Source: Macrostomum hystrix
Lineage: Eukaryota > Animalia > Platyhelminthes
Length of the DNA: 64,000 bases
Direction of reading: 5' to 3'
NCBI GenBank assembly: GCA_950097015.1
Contig: CATNEN010000003.1
Coordinates: 10,230,001-10,294,000, forward strand
Under the pieces are notes generated by a model, which saw nothing but the letters and a program-made list of their open reading frames with translations, was not told where the DNA came from and did no database searches. The position numbers and the translations under genes were made by a program. The number at the start of each line of letters is the position of its first letter. The stretch's first letter is position 1. This document shows, piece by piece, positions 61,710-64,000 of the stretch.

Positions 61710-62440
61710 AAAGAGGAGTGAGGGGAAGAAAGAGGAGTGAGGGGAAGAAAGAGGAGTGAGGGGAAGAAAGAGGAGTGAGGGGAAGAAAGAGGAGTGAGGG
61801 GAAGAAAGAGGAGTGAGGGGAAGAAAGAGGAGTGAGGGGACGAAAGAGGAGTGAGGGGAAGAAAGAGGAGTGAGGGGAAGAAAGAGGAGTGAGGGGAAGA
61901 AAGAGGAGTGAGGGGAAGAAAGAGGAGTGAGGGGAAGAAAGAGGAGTGAGGGGAAGAAAGAGGAGTGAGGGGAAGAAAGAGGAGTGAGGGGAAGAAAGAG
62001 GAGTGAGGGGAAGAAAGAGGAGTGAGGGGACGAAAGAGGAGTGAGGGGAAGAAAGAGGAGTGAGGGGAAGAAAGAGGAGTGAGGGGAAGAAAGAGGAGTG
62101 AGGGGAAGAAAGAGGAGTGAGGGGAAGAAAGAGGAGTGAGGGGACGAAAGAGGAGTGAGGGGAAGAAAGAGGAGTGAGGGGAAGAAAGAGGAGTGAGGGG
62201 AAGAAAGAGGAGTGAGGGGAAGAAAGAGGAGTGAGGGGAAGAAAGAGGAGTGAGGGGAAGAAAGAGGAGTGAGGGGAAGAAAGAGGAGTGAGGGGAAGAA
62301 AGAGGAGTGAGGGGAAGAAAGAGGAGTGAGGGGAAGAAAGAGGAGTGAGGGGAAGAAAGAGGAGTGAGGGGAAGAAAGAGGAGTGAGGGGAAGAAAGAGG
62401 AGTGAGGGGAAGAAAGAGGAGTGAGGGGAAGAAAGAGGAG
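61710..62440. repeat. 19-bp homogeneous minisatellite
   Basis: Unit GAGGAGTGAGGGGAAGAAA. Confidence 0.95.
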
Positions 62441-62999
62441 AGAGTTGAAGAATTATCGTAATCCTATTGGGATTCTGTCAGACGCCAAATTGAATGATAT
62501 TTTTATAGACAGCTTAAGTCAATTAATCCACATCTAAGGCGGGCTTCAACTGCAAAGAAAGGAAACGGACCATTTTTTGTCAGTAAAAATGCAACCCTTC
62601 AGAGCTCCCCTTATTTGGATTGTTACACATCCAAGCGCACTTTTAACTCCCCAGAAGAAGATTCTGACTCTGGTCACGATCCCATCTTTCATCCCTTGGC
62701 CTCTGGACCACCTCATCCGCCTTTGGTGGAGTCCCCCAGTCTCAAACCGATTGTAGGGAGGCCATTATATTGACTTGCGTCAATAAGGAGCCAGCCCATT
62801 ATTTAATCCTGCCAGCTTCTCACCTTCAAAACGTTTTTTTTCTCTCTATAGATTCATTTTCTACCCTGGAAGCAACATTTTCTTATTTGCTCTCTGCTCT
62901 ATTCATAGAGTGTGGGAATTTTTGGGAAAATAAGTTAGATTGGGTGGGTCTGTGTAAACTTTAAACCTTCCCTTTAAAATCGCAATGTTAATATTTCTC

Positions 63000-63690
63000 T
63001 TCTTGACATTCCCCATCCCAATCTTCCTCTTCCCAATATTCCCCATCCCAATATTCCTCTTCCCAATTTTCCCCATCCCAATCTTCCTCTTCCCAATATT
63101 CCCCATCCTAAACTTCCCCATCCCAATCTTCTTCTTCCCAATATTCCCCATCCCAATATTCCTCTTCCCAATATTCCCCATCCCAATCTTCCTCTTCCCA
63201 ATATTCCCCATCCTAAACTTCCCCATCCCAATCTTCTTCTTCCCAATATTCCCCATCCCAATCTTCCTCTTCCCAATATTCCCCATCCAAATCTTCCTCT
63301 TCCCAATATTCCCCATCCCAATCTTCCTCTTCCCAATATTCCCCATCCTAAACTTCCTCTTCCCAATATTCCCCATCCCAATCTTCCTCTTCCCAATATT
63401 CCCCATCCCAATCTTACTCTTCCCAATATTCCCCATCCCAATCTTACTCTTCCCAATATTCCCCATTCCGAATCTTCCTCTTCCAAATATTCCCCATTCC
63501 CAATCTTCCTCTTCCCAATATTCCCCATTCCCAATCTTCCTCTTCCCAATATTCCCCATTCCCAATCTTCCTCTTCCCAATATTCCCCATTCCCAATCTT
63601 CCCTTAAATAATCTTCCATTTCCGATCTTCCTCTTCCCAATATTCCCCATTCCCAATCTTCCCTTAAATAATCTTCCATTTCCGATCTCC
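63000..63690. repeat. 30-31-bp minisatellite
   Basis: Unit TTCCCCATCCCAATCTTCCTCTTCCCAATA. Confidence 0.93.
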
Positions 63691-64000
63691 CCGTTGCCCT
63701 ACTAGGAGTTTTCCCCTTCTCATTTTCCCCTGAGTCGTGCACTTCCAAGCGGATCCCAAAAAGCGAGTTGCTTGGTTTGGTGAAATGCAAAGCTGGTTTG
63801 AATAGAATTGTTTGTTTCTAAAATAGGTCTATAAACCCAGTGCCGGCTTCTGAAATAAAAGCATGTTCAGTTAATTGTGCAGCTCAGACTATTGGATTGG
63901 ATGATGGGGCAGAATCTTGCGGATGCAATTAAAGTGACAAAAACTGAATGTCTTGTTTGGCGATAGCTTGAAAAGATAATAGGAATAAGCTAGAAAAAAT

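Noticed and set aside
40992-63790. 200-800 aa low-complexity ORFs
   Set aside because: All coincide with satellite arrays; no domains or splice context.

Overview
Intron-containing eukaryotic (animal) genomic DNA, not prokaryotic. The first 40 kb hold seven spliced genes whose exons I joined in frame through GT-AG sites: ADO (-), an ankyrin-repeat gene (+), then four co-oriented minus-strand genes (pinin, TBCC, TMEM179, an LRR gene), and DNAJC8 (+) head-to-head with pinin. Most introns and intergenic spacers contain their own minisatellite (14-44 bp units). There are four copies of a tRNA-headed CORE-type SINE, a hAT/Charlie-type MITE and two nested 8-bp-TSD MITEs. The last 24 kb are mostly satellite arrays with no gene I can support. 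The organisation resembles a Macrostomum-type flatworm, but that is an inference. Best leads: (1) a possible SL-trans-spliced operon PNN-TBCC-TMEM179-LRR; (2) a repeat-free, structured ~250-nt element with donor/Sm-site-like architecture in DNAJC8 intron 2; (3) acceptor choice that seems to depend on a close branch point while ignoring an array of polypyrimidine-AG decoys; (4) minisatellites whose units carry transcription-factor motifs. Almost all long ORFs in the supplied track are repeat artefacts.
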